Assembly (NCBI GenBank): GCA_051362555.1
Contig: CM120644.1
Coordinates: 18,312,534-18,376,533 of the forward strand
DNA length: 64,000 bases
Reading direction: 5' to 3'
Source of the DNA: Lingula anatina
Taxonomy: Eukaryota > Animalia > Brachiopoda
The position numbers and the translations under genes were made by a program. Within the stretch, counting starts at the first letter, position 1. Every line of letters starts with the position of its first letter. Below, piece after piece: positions 23,887 to 37,208 of this stretch. Below the pieces are notes generated by a model. It ran no database searches. It was given only the letters and a program-made list of their open reading frames with translations, and was not told where the DNA came from.

Positions 23887-26800
23887 AGTACAAAATACAA
23901 CAATAACTTCACTATTGTTGTGCTCTCCGTCCACAGCAGTAATCGCGGGTAGGTACCACTCATAACCCTTACACACACTACTGACAACAACCACTAACAG
24001 AAGACACAAACACAACAGTATTTTAATACACATTGCATTCATGCTGAATCTTCACATTCCGACTATATACCCACCCCGCACATGGGCTTTTTAGATTTTT
24101 ACCGAGCAACTGCAGACTTTTAACTTTTAAGGGATCTAAAAGGTTTTTAAAGAGTTTTTATCCATCTGCTGCATCTTATTTTAACAACGAAAATGGACAT
24201 TTATAATTTATAAACCGAATAGCAGTCCAATTTCCTTGTTATATGAATTTTTATATTTATATATTAATGGCTGAATAAACTCTTACCTTCACAGCAGTTA
24301 ACTGTATGAAGCATTTACTATAACAACATACAAGTAGATGGTTGTATGTACTGGTACAACTCAAACAGATCCAACAATTTATCATTTCGTAATGTAAAGC
24401 ATTTTCCTTTTTTTCAGCCACTCTCGGCAGAGATAGATAACTTGTAGGTAGGGTGTATAGTTAGGTTTATTGTACTCTTTACTGTTTAGAATGCCAAAGA
24501 CGTGTCAGTGACTCGTTTGATAAGTTCTTTTGGCGGCGTTTGATCCCAGACCCTCTTGTTGTGACGAGCAATGTCTTTATAGTTCACTTTATACCATGGG
24601 AGCAGTTGAGAAGTCTGAATGTTGGTTTTTTGTTTAATATATAAGTTATCATAATGATACTTCTGTGAAAATCTACTAAAAAATGTTATATCCCATCCTT
24701 TGTACCTTTTATTAGATCTTCATAGATGCTTCATTATGATAACTTATTTATTTCCTAAACATCTATACGAATTGATGTGAATCTTCATGTAGGTTTTGTG
24801 TTTGGGAAGTACTGATAGAATGCAATTAATGTTTTTTGAAAATATAAACTCCACCCAATCTCCCCTACCCCTAAATAAAAATTAGAATAAAAAGTCTACC
24901 AAATACCTTTCTAAAATACATTCTTATTTTCCCAGTGAATCGTAATGCTTAGAATGTGATAACAGCTTGCAGTTTTTAATAAAAAAATACGATCAACCCT
25001 CAAACAAACCCCGCCCACTCCAACCGGTCAAATGAGATCGCGTTCCAACTATTTTTAAGTATTAGGGCAAACCCAGAGAATACTTTCTCATTACCTCTGA
25101 GAGCCACATTCTATATTTGGAATAATTTTGAAAAAAAAATTCCACCACACCCCCTCTTTAGCATAGACCGGGAAAGCAGTTCTAAGTTAATAATAATGAG
25201 TTCGACAATTTGTATTTGAAACATGCTACTGACTTATCAATACAGTCATTTTAATCTGACAACCCCTTCAGACGGCGCCATGTTTTTGGACTGGAATGGG
25301 ATAAATTAAACATGGGACAGAAAACTTAAATGTTTCACTTGTTACACGATTTATAAGCGTGTCTGCTTGGGTGTTTATGTATCTTCATAAGACCAAGGAC
25401 GTGATGAAGTACCACCGCCAAATTGACTGATGTTGTATTTTCCGTGCATTAATTGCTGAATCCAGGTCTTCCAAGGCTCAATAAAGATGAAGGCGTAAAA
25501 ATAAACGCCTTCCTCAACTTCATCCCACCAGCGCTTTGTTCCAAGTTGATATTCTCAAATTAATGCTATAAAAGTTGTCTGAGGTTCCCTTAATATCAAG
25601 CGTTTCAGGTGCAACCAGGAAGATGGCCGCGGGCATTTTGTCCTTAAAAAGGAACTTTAGTTTAACGTAATGTTCTTGGACCTGAGGGTGAAAACGGCAT
25701 GAACAATGCACCTTTTCTTCTCTCATAAAGTACTAGCCAAATTAGGTGAACATACCGACCAGTAGTGACCACAAAATTCTTTGAATTCTAGCACGTATTT
25801 TAACCACAATTAAAACGTAAAGCAGAATTGTATGATAATGTGATTTTTGACTTTTATTTTATGTACCGACTTTAAAGAACTAATGAATGCAAATTGAGAT
25901 GCCACGATGAGTGGACATTAATGATAGTTCCATTAAAGCACTTAACGGTATGAAATACTCAGTCAAATGGATTGTTTGATTCTAAGGCCAATGAACTATC
26001 CTTGTTTGTACTGAGTACTGTACCTGCACCAGGTTATTACAGCCCTAGCTAACATATCTAACCCGGGGAGCCTTGAGATCTCTACAAAAGAGTTACACAA
26101 ATATGCCATTAATTAAAATGCAAACGACGCATTCGTCTTATGTCGATGAGCTTTTCGCGAAACATACAAAAGAATTAACCAGACAGATCCGTTACGCATA
26201 TAGATAAGATTTTATATGAAAAAGTACAAAAAAGTTTCTAGCGTGATTGCCTTATGCTCGAATTTCGAATGAGAAACTGTCTCAACATACCATTTCGTCA
26301 AACTGATACAGTGCATGTTTGTTGTTCAGTTGCGGTGAAGGCGCATTCCGCATATTTCAATATACATACATTATTTCTTGTCTTGGGACTGTGAAGCATA
26401 TGTGACACGATGACCAAAGACAATATTTGAGGGAAATTCTTCTTGATTTAATCATTATAATACATTTTACAGGATACATGAACTTGAAGCCATTAGAATA
26501 ATTACCGGCAAGCTTAAGGAAGTACTGCAAGCCACGTGCATAACGCCTTTTACACAGCCATCGTATCTGCTTAGTAGCTTAAATGTCCATTTCTTGGATA
26601 TCCTTCACTGCCTTTATCGTTCTGCGTGAATTTAAGCGAAATTTCCTATGCCTGAAATGCCACTTAAGGCAGGCGTTTTAGATATGTCTGTCGTATTAAA
26701 CAAACTGTTTTCGGGATTAATGTGGTACAATTAATGTAAATCGAACCACAGAGTTTACATAGGGAAAGCGCTTTTAATTTGAATAAGATTATCTTGAATT

Positions 26801-28457
26801 GAACTTGGTTAAGATATTCTATTGCAATTTCGGTAGTGTTTGTAAGATTCAGCGATGACACTCGCTCTGCAGAAATATGACTCATACATTTGATGGCAAT
26901 TTAACTTGAACTTGACTAATCAGGTCCAAGGGACAGTTGAGAGAAATGAGTCACCATGCATCGTCTCTTCGAATTTGCAAAGGGCTCATTGGTGATAAAA
27001 AAAAATAAAAAAAGAAACGCACTAAAACATTTATACTGAGATTTATTTTCTTAAACGTAACATGCACAATACAATAAGTAAAAACACTCCTCTTCATGTT
27101 TAACTCTTTGGATACAAATTCCAAACTGCTTTGTGAGCGCCGGGAAGATCTCCATATATATCTGTCTTGAGTTGAGAATAAAGCATACAGTGTAATGTCT
27201 AATGAATACATCATTTACATTCAATGTGCAAGAAGGGCAACACTGAGTGCCACGGAACACTCCATTAAAAGGTAATGGTGACAATTATTCTATCTGCATT
27301 AACCTAGAATGAGGTCTATACTTTGATAAAGCTTCCAAAGCATCACACTATTACTTTTTCTTGTCACCGCCTTTGATTAATGTTTATTAAGGATATCTCA
27401 ATTGACAACTGACCCGAAGCATACCGAGTGACTTATGAGACAACGCACGCCGTCAAATATCTCGATTTATTAAAAAAAAACAGGTGTAAGGTTACTTGCG
27501 TGGTGAATCAGTTTTCAAATCAATTAAATGCTGGCGAAAGGCATCACACCATAAAATATATATCCGTTTACATAGTCAAGTGAGCACAATAAATAGACCC
27601 TTTTTGTCTTCTAGATGAAAGGTCGTTGTTCGCACGCAGAGTATTTATAGTAGCCTATTACAGACTTGTACAATTTGTAGACCTGCTGACAATTTGCTGT
27701 TATATATGCCATCTAAGTGAAACTATCTGTAGTATAAAAATATTGCATAAGCAGAGGCAACCCTCTTCTATAGGTTTATATACATGTATATACAATTACA
27801 CATTAATCCCATCACCACATTATCCTGCCATCAGATGCATTTGGCAAAACTAGATTTTCAAAAGCTACTGTACTTCAAACTGATAAAAACTCTTTATAAA
27901 TATTGGTTCTTTGGCTAGAAATGATGAACAGAAAATCTTTCAGATTCACCTGCTAAAGTTATTGTTAAATAAGTAACTAGCATAAGAAAGTATTGTGGTC
28001 TATGCGCGGTGTCAATTACATATTTTGGTGCACTTGTTCAATTTAAGCGTGTATTTTTATTATCTGGTCAATCAAGCAACCTTTCCGCTGAACTATATTA
28101 TCAGCCCCAAAGGACCGTAGGAATCAGAAGCCACTGTAACAGCTTTTTAGCCTTGTTTCTCTTCTTGTTCCGATTAAACTGCGCAGGTTCTGCCAGTTGC
28201 GCCATTTGCCTTGGCCTTCTTTTCGGGGCAGTAGCAGACGAGTAAACCTTGACGGTCGTCCTCATCGCGTACACATCCCTATATTATGAAGTCGCGAGGT
28301 GCAGGGCCCCTTCTTGTTAACGACAGCAACTTTTGAGAGCCACCAGTCATTATACTTGCTGGTCAGAAACTCTGAGTATTTGCCCAACAACGCTTGCAAG
28401 TCGCGGACAACAAGCGCTGTACATGATTATAAAAAGCATGATGATACTCTGCCAATG

Positions 28458-31400
28458 TCAGTACTCGTCCTTCAAGTATTTCAGGGTCTTGATTATACCA
28501 GACGACTCAGCTATCATGAGATGGCCGTACTTGTTCACACAGACATCCTGTGGGTTGTGAAGACCATCCGTCTCCGTCTGAAGATTGAGCCTGAAGTTAC
28601 CGTCCTCGGTGAGAAGATGGATACGATTGTTACGGTTGTCGCAGACGATGATATGGCCTACGGTGTCCACCGTTATGCCACAGGGGTGGAGAAACTGGCC
28701 CAGGTCTGTCCCCATGCTGCCATATTGAAAGAGAAAGCGACCATGGGAGTCGAAGGCCTTTATACAATGGCCTTGCCAGTCGGAGACGATGATCTCGTTC
28801 CTGGGGCCGACCGCTATGTACTTGGGTGCTTCGAAGAGACGTTCCCCTTTTCGCGAGGGGATGGTGTGGATCAGGCGCCCTTCCTTGCTGTAGACGGCTA
28901 CAGATTTGGTATGGTCGTCGGTGATGAGAAGTTCGTCTTTATGGTTGATGGCCATCCTCTGGGGCTCCTGGTGAAGCTCGTTAAGGCGAAAAGCACGGAG
29001 GAATTTCCCAAGAGGTGTGAACATCTTGCGCTGACCTGTGAAGTATTTGACTTCTTTGGAGCCACAGTCCAGAACGGCCATGTTCTTCCCTTTGGTGATC
29101 ACGACATCGCGTGGGTTGTCCAGGCCTTGTTGGGGGCCTATCTCGAACTTGATGTGGCCCATTTTGTCGTACATCAACACTTTGTTCAGGTACCGATCAA
29201 TAACAACAATCATGTCCCCGACCACATCTATGGCGGTGGGGCGGCAATGATCCCTATTGCTCGCCAAACCTTGAAAGGTACCTATGATGCGCCCCTTCTT
29301 GCGGTTCCCTGTTCGACCCGCCGTCCCAAGGCTGCTAACACGCCTGTTGTTATTTGGCAGCGTGGCAGATGCGTAGATATCGTAGCCCGACGTTCTGGTA
29401 GGCAAGGTTTCCGACTTGCCACTCAACACCTGGAGATCCGGCTTGGAATTCATCGCGTTGAGCAGGTCTGATGTGTCCCACGTGGAGGAGTTGGAAGAGC
29501 CTGCCGGGGAGATGTTCCCGTTGGTGCGGTTACGGGAGTTTCTGGAAGTGACCACGTCGTCCAGGTTGATAGGGGACGAGGTACTGTTGGGGAAGGACGG
29601 TGGATCCAGGGCAGGCTCGCTGCTTTGGCTGACGTTGTTGACGTTGGAGCCAGAACGGTGGATGTTCACGTGGACTTCGCCAAACCAGGCTGGAATGAGA
29701 GGGAAATTCCATTTATTACAGGTATCAGAATAATGTTTTCTACATCTTGTTGATTTGATTAAATCTAAAATTTCTTTTTTTATACAGGGTGGTCCATAAA
29801 AACGACCTTTTTTACTTTCCATCGTTATAGACCTCCCTGTATAATGTATAAAGTATTTTCAGTCCATTTGATCTGATACCACCCCAATTAGATTGTCACT
29901 TGTGTTTGAATGCACATTTATTTGTCGTCTTTTTTACCAAAGTTCTTCGAACCATGTAAGTACTATATTGCAACACATTAAATACAACGATAACATCGAT
30001 GAAACGAAAAGATCACATCACACTTCTTTTCACCAATTACAAAATACACCTTCATGTTACCCTAGACTGCTTAACAAGGCTTTTCTCCGTCAACTTTATT
30101 TGTAATCCTTTCACACACAAAACATCGCGTGCAAGAATGACATCCAATGACTTGTTAGATATTCTTACTGATATATCTCTGGATGAAGTATTTTTTAATG
30201 TTATGCTCAGAGCCATTAAGATGAATATGTGTTTTATTTAACGCAAAATGCCAAATTCCTAAAGAATAAAAAATAGCATATCGGGTCAGTTAAGTGCTTG
30301 TTATTGATAGTGGGAGGGGGGCGGGGGATCTAGTGACACACCCTAAATTTCAAAGGCTCATGGAAGGTCATGTTACCGTTTGTAAGACTCGGCAAAGAAG
30401 AGCTAGAACTCAGCAAAAGGGAGTAATGATCAGTTCTTAAAACTAGGGGTTAACTATAATGGAGATATTGCATTGGATGGGAATTAGTTACCTGCTGGCA
30501 TGGCGGGTGTGGGGGACATGGCGGTTCATATATTTAAGAGTAGATGAGGACAATTTACTATTAACTGTAGGGCACGAAATGGACAAATTGCTTGATTTTA
30601 TCTCATTTTGAAGTAGAGGGGTAGAAGGGGTGTATTTACCCCCCACCCCCACCCCCCACTCCCCACCCCCCGATTGAGTTCATTACTCTGAAACCCTTGG
30701 TATCAGTGTCACTGTGCGTACATTCGTATTCAAAACAGTCTATGGGCCGTGTCTAATTACAACCGAATTATGATGAGTCACACATATCGTCTCTATAGTT
30801 ATTTCTAGGCATAAAACGCCTTTTTAGACCTGAGGTTATACACAAAATGATAATTTTAATAGATGATGTAAACAACTGTAATGATTAAATGCTTTTTCGG
30901 TAGCAGTTTTACCAAAAGAATAACCGCAGTCAACTTTGCTTCCGAAAAAAATGACGTAAACGGAAATGTCGCTCAACATCAAGATAATCCGCAACATGGG
31001 CCGGGTCGACAAAATTTAAAGCCCAAACCGAGCGTAAGAAATGCTTTACGGTCTGTTGTACCCTAATTAAAAGCATTCAGTGTTGCAAGTGGGCCGACAG
31101 CAACGCCTCAGCGCGAGTCATCGCACCCAAGTCGTGAGAGATAACATGTTAATTTGTGAGCGCGTGAAGGGTATATAGCGGTGCAATGATTCTATCTTGG
31201 GTTGCGATGTTAATGGCATTTCTCACACTACAAACCGTGACCGACATTTGGGGTTTGAGGATATATACATATGTATTCCACCGGATGTGTAGCAATCACT
31301 TTCAAATGGTAGTAAATGGTGTGTTTATTTATTTATTCGTCGTCGCTTCCTTCTAGACTCTGACTTGCCCCAGACGTTTTGTAATTGATGGTGAATAAAA

Positions 31401-33188
31401 GTGAAATTAAACTTTTTTAAACTTAAAAGTTTAAAAGTCATTTGAAAGTGTCTGTAACAAACCAAGTTTAGGTAAAGATACAGTATATTTGGAAAATAAA
31501 AAAAAAACACGGAGATGACTTGTATATGATTAACATTTATAACCTATCAACCTTCTCAAGTTACTTGTTAAACATATGGATATTATAATCTTGGCTTCGT
31601 GAAAAAACATTTTATCAAAATAATTATGGGGACAATTCAAACACAATAATTACAAAGCCTATGCTTTACTTATCATGTTTTTTTTTTTTTAATTTCTAAC
31701 TAATTTTATTTTCATTTCTATTATTTTTATCTATTTATTTATATTTATTTATTTTTATTGTAAATACTATACATAACAATTCCATTTCTGATGACAACAT
31801 TTGGCCCTTGTTTACACTTTGCAGCACAGCGTGTAAGAAAAACATTTACATTTAAAAAGGGTTATTATCCTGCCGCAATTATTAACCACCCTTCATCGGT
31901 GCACTTTCAAATGAAGGTCGGGTCGGTGATATTAGTGTTTTCTGCAGTCAACACATTTTTCATTCGTATTTGTCAGTTGTTACGCATCCCGCCCAGTATA
32001 TTAGTGCCAGGTACTATAAAGATGAACAAATTTACTGTTGCATAAATCTCGCTTTTTTATGTTGATTGCCCTATGCTGTGTGAATCTTTAAATATGGCAG
32101 AGTTTTGCAGATACACGGCTCAGGGATTTACCGCATGAATGATAGAATGATCGAGACAAGGAATGAATGCAAAGATGACTTCATTTGTAGCCTTATGTCA
32201 GCTTTTCAATGTGTAGAATCTTTATACTGGCGTAGCTTACGTCAATTTGACCGGATTCAAAAGCAAACTACCGGATCCATAGTCCACAACAACGACGTGA
32301 AGACCATTCAGCTCTCTAGCCAGACATTTTTCTCTTTTAAATGTCACCTAGAAGTCATAGGAACAGCTTTGTTTTGATTTATTTCTAAGAGGTCATTTCT
32401 TTAATCTAGTTGTTTTAAGAAATAATGGAGGAATTTCAATTTTCATTTTCTATAGTGTTTTATATTATGTTTGGACACATCACCCCTTTGACGCCTGCCA
32501 TTTCAGTTGACTCGCCACACAAATCATGTAAATCTGATCCATAATTACAGCTCAATTATGATTACACCTATCATTATGCAATTATACCGTAGCAGTTATT
32601 TTGCGTCACTGATACTAGATTTAGATTGTCTAGTGCAAAGGTCAAAATTAAGTGGACGAGTCACGGAGTCGCACAAAATGAAGGTTACAAGACATTTTCA
32701 AAAGGTACAAACACGTGAACGCGTGACAAGACGGGCAGTCTGAAGGAAGTTCGCCGCAGATCTTAAACGTTTATCTGCGGCAGCTGATAGTTTGTCCTAT
32801 AAATATCTACCAGCACTTATATAATAGCGACCTTTGATCTACAACCGCAAGTCACCACAGTCATGTCATGTCTTGTTTTGTTTTCCTTTAAATGAGAGAC
32901 GTCAAAAATAATATTCTGTTTCCCTCTTTCGTAACTTCGAAAAATACTAACGCCGTTGTAATCTTTTCGTTAAAAATGTGTCTCAACATTTTAAGATGTA
33001 GAACACGAGCTTAATGTGATTTATGAAAATGTCTGTGATGGCTAGAACAAGTCTTCGTTTGTCCTCAGATTAACCCTTCGGTATTATAATGATCAGTCGT
33101 TCACCCCATTGACTAGCTTGTATGGGTGTACATTAAGTGACCTTAAACTAATGTATCTACATGGAAGTCCAAACCCATAGTAATATTT

Positions 33189-33241
<53 letters not shown>

Positions 33242-34557
33242 AAGCAGGCACTGGTCTTTGTGCATGAAATGTACGTAAAGCTGTGTATTGTTTTGTTGGT
33301 GTTTGAGAGAGAGAGAGAGAGAGAGAGGGGGGGGAGGGGAAGCGAAAGAGAGGGTGAAGAGGAGGTGAGATTTGATGCAATACAGTATTTTATTTTCTAA
33401 TCACTTGATTAACCGCAAAAATCTAACATGAACAGTTTCCTTAGCAACTGACGTGACAGATGAAATGCCAACTAAGTGTCACAGGATATTAATTACATGC
33501 ATGTTTCCCTCTAAGAATCCCGTTGTCTGGGGTGACTTGAAGTTAGACATGAAGTACACGTCATCTGTCATTGTGAAATCTGAATTTTTTGTAAATTTCA
33601 GCCACACTTTAGCATAGATGTGCACCTCAGCACGCGCACTCACTTAAGTAAACAACATGTGAAAGAATATAATATTATTTATAAATTTCTATCCACGACC
33701 AAAATATCAGTTCAATGTGGCTTCTTATGCTTTTCACCTATTTATGCAATTTCTAAAATTCCTTCTTTATTTCTAGCACTTGGTGGTGACAATGAAAAGC
33801 AAATAACGATTCTAATGTGACTTGTCTATGCGCACTATGTATTTCTTCACATGAACAATACTTTAACAATATCACTAGCTTCCCAACTTAAACATAACAC
33901 TGCCCAAACGTACTGGTAACTGTCTGAAGATACTGGGGCTGCATCTCATTAAGTGTTTGTACTGAAATGACGATGACGATGATGATGATGATGTAGACAC
34001 TATTTAAATGAAACTTGGACATAATAACGAATGTCCAAGAATGAAATAATCTAGCATGATATTTAAATACACAGATTATATTTTCCCATTCACCCATTGA
34101 GATTCTTATTTAAATTTTGCTTTTTGTGGACTAAACTAAACTACTGTTTATGCAGCAGACTACGCCATTAAGAACACCTAATGGCCATGTCTTGTCTGGC
34201 CTCTTCATCAGCTTTATTTAGCAGTCTCATTTAAGATAATACTCACGTAACTAATGGCAATTACGCGATAACAGGATCTCTGTTCAGCTTGTACGAGCGA
34301 TATCTCACCCGCTGACGGTGACGCATAGAGAAAATTGACTGAGATGTCCATGCTAATTTTTAAATGTAAATCTTGGAATGTTATCTCAGTTAATTATGCA
34401 GTTGTATATTTATCATATTCTTATTAGGACAGGTTTAATATTGTGAAACCTCTGACGTCGAGTTAAATTACATTTTTGTCAAATTCAGAGTTTCATCTTT
34501 TGATGATCTCTCCTTTAGAAAAAGAAGCATCTTTCGACAAAAACGCATTTTTTTAAA

Positions 34558-34608
<51 letters not shown>

Positions 34609-35891
34609 ATTTGTCATTTAAGAAGGTTGGTAAACCCTTTTTGTTGATTTGTGTCAAAGATGACAGTTTGTTTACCAATTTTAATACCGTCATCAACCCC
34701 AACACCAACAGCAATAACTTTATAGAATCATATCTGCCAAACATTCATTATTTTAAACGTTATATAATTCAGTGCGTTTGACCCCCCCCCCCTCCCCTTG
34801 CTTAGAACTATAGTTATACAAAGCTATGCTTACACAGAAGCAGGGTCGGATCCAGAGCTATTTTCTGACAGTCTTCCCAATTATCTTTGTTGATCCATCC
34901 TCCAAATTTGACGGTCTTCGAACAGAAAAATTAGATACCTGTTAATGTAAACTTGAAAATCTGACCGTATTCTGGAAGACCCAGAAGACGGCCTAAATCC
35001 GCCCCTGCAGAAGTAAAAAAAGGCAATCAGTTTCTTACCTGGAATATCGATATTATCAATGGCCTCCCCTGTGATGAAGGTCAGGGGGTTGTCACAGGGA
35101 AAGTCCAGGGAGTTATTGTCCAGCGTGTCCAGCGTCTGCTGAAGCTGCGTCCCCAAGTTAACTATGGTTATATCCTCCGTGTTTTGTGTGTCTTCTTTGA
35201 TCAGCTTGGAATATTCCAAGTAGCGACCTTTCAGGGACGCCAGAGTCATTCTCGCCATGATTTTCTCTTCCGTCATCTCGGAGTCGCTGAGTTCTTTGGT
35301 TATCGTCTCGCAGTAATTGTTCACTGCTGTTTTCAGTTCTTCGGCGCGTGCTTGCACTTCGTTTTTGATGTCATCTATGGCTTTGTCGTACTTGTCGAGG
35401 GCGTCACACAGGTCTTCGGCTTCGGTGACTTTGCTTTTTAGAGTTTTCAACTGGTTTGAGATCCGCTCGCGGAAATCGACCGCCACTTCTCGTAACTGGG
35501 CAACTCGGTGCCCCTTATGAGCTGGCATCTTGCAGGAGACGCAGAGAGGAACCTCGCACATTTTACAATACAGCGAGAACGCCTTGTCGTGGACGCGGCA
35601 GTGTCCTCCCATGATGTCAGCGTTTTCGATTTCGGGTTCGATCACAGGTTTATCCTTAAGTGCCAAAATATTAGTGGTGAGCGTCTCGAGACCTCCCGCG
35701 GGTGTTTTCAACTCCTCATCACAAGTGGGGCAGTGAAAGTACCCGTGTCTCTTCGCCTTGTGGTGGTCAACCCACACCGAGAGACAATGCAAGCAGAATG
35801 TGTGTCCACACCGGAGAATCTTGGGCTGTCTGAAGAATTCCGTGCAAAGTCGACAATGTAGATCTTCTGACGTCATTAAAACCGATGCCAT
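28458..35891 (-). CDS. TRIM-NHL E3 ligase (TRIM2/TRIM3-like), ~694 aa, 2 coding exons
   Basis: Exon 1, 35891..35039, has the RING (CRLC...CGHTFCLHC...CPTC), B-box (CRVH..YCKMCEVPLCVSC..H..H) and coiled coil, ending in a phase-1 GTAAG donor. Exon 2, 29689..28458, follows a polypyrimidine CAG; the junction restores IP-A-WFGEV. It holds a Ser/Asn-rich linker and NHL repeats (LDNPRDV, FEAPKYIAV, GQFLHPCGITVD, NRNNRIHL, LHNPQDV). Total 2085 nt, in frame. Confidence 0.92.
33190..33335. repeat. (CT)n(GT)n and (GA)n microsatellites
   Basis: Direct inspection. Confidence 0.9.
34560..34606. repeat. (ATTT)n microsatellite
   Basis: Direct inspection. Confidence 0.9.
34841..35007 (-). mobile_element. 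hAT-like MITE (family shared with 63355..63518)
   Basis: TIRs CAGGGTCGGATC / AATCCGCCCCTG, 6-bp flanking duplication CAGAAG. The internal sequence matches 63355..63518 in inverted orientation. Confidence 0.8.
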
Positions 35892-37152
35892 CTCTGCGCT
35901 GTGATGAATCTCCAATATAAATCAAAGGATTTTAGAGTGTTTGCTATGTTCTTGTTATCATGAATTCCTAAGTCAGGCTCAATTTGAGTGATTCTATCTT
36001 CCCTTAGTGAAAGTTATATATGTGCCAGAAATCCTGCATGCGTGATAAGCAGCGCCTAGGTGTTATAGCTCGTTAAGCGTGCTCCCTTAAATATGGGGGG
36101 ACGACGGCGGAAAAACTTAACCGCAATGCGTAGGCGCATGTGCAGGTGTAAAAATAGCACTTCCCTGGTAGAAGATACAATTATAATTTGTAAATTTCAT
36201 TTCCTTAATATGTCTCGATTATTACTCATATGACTGAATGTCTCCTGGTGAATATGTTTGTTATGTGAACCCTTGGAAGTGTCTGTTGCATAAAAAGATG
36301 ATAATAGCAGTGGATAGATCTGATATGATATGAAATTATATTAAGTCAGAACAAGGAGGTAAATGAGATATAATTCCTAAGTCAGAAATAAATTAAATAT
36401 ATTAATTTAATCAATGAAAAGTTACACAGAAAATATAAAAAATGCAAAAAAATGGAATAAACCAAAATAAAACCACATCAAAAAGAAGACAATAAAAGAG
36501 TTTGAAGGTTTTTATTCCTATTTTCATGTTTATGTTTATTTTATTCATTTATTTATTTTGCGTTTATGATGTGATTTATTCATCTCTGCAGTGTATTAGT
36601 TACTCTTCTCGGTACAGCGTGCGGTCCCCGGTAGTTAACAATTTTTTTTGCCAAAGAAGTAAACAAACAAGTGGACACTTCATTTACTTTATACATTCAG
36701 TTACAGGTGCCAATAAAGACCATGAACATGGCACCATCCATATAATAAATATGTAAAATGTGGATCACTTCTCCTCTCCCCGCGAAACGGACATAGTCCT
36801 CGCTCATTAAAAATGTGCAAAATCTTCCACAGCAGACAAAAATAAATCATGGTCGTATCGCTACGTCTTCACCCAGGTGAGCATACGACTTTATCAACTA
36901 GTCGCATCCTGCAACGCTAGCTCCCCTCTTAACTCGAATGCCATTTCGTTTATGATGCAAATCGCTGGCTGAATCTCAAAAATACTTGGTCTGTGCCTGC
37001 GACAGTTTTATAGCCACCATACAGGCCATTTTGAATACTCTCCGCGTGCTAAATGACATCAGCACATATGGTTGTGCGTTTTAAATAGTGTACTTACTTA
37101 ATTATCTCTTAGTCTTGTTTCTTTGTTTGTATATTTGTTTATTTTTGTCTAC

Positions 37153-37155
<3 letters not shown>

Positions 37156-37200
<45 letters not shown>

Positions 37201-37208
37201 GTGTGTGT
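37156..37208. repeat. (TG)n microsatellite
   Basis: Direct inspection. Confidence 0.9.

Noticed and set aside
28299-29471. 390-aa plus-strand ORF antisense to the NHL exon
   Set aside because: No recognisable motifs, GTG start, and it coincides with a GC-rich coding exon on the other strand. This is a typical shadow ORF.
29690-29822. N-terminal part of the 454-aa ORF (MESKKGRF...)
   Set aside because: It lies upstream of a good acceptor at 29690, so it is intronic read-through. The phase matches the RING/B-box exon instead.
34881-35038. C-terminal tail of the 344-aa RING ORF
   Set aside because: It runs past the GTAAG donor into a MITE and is not real coding sequence.
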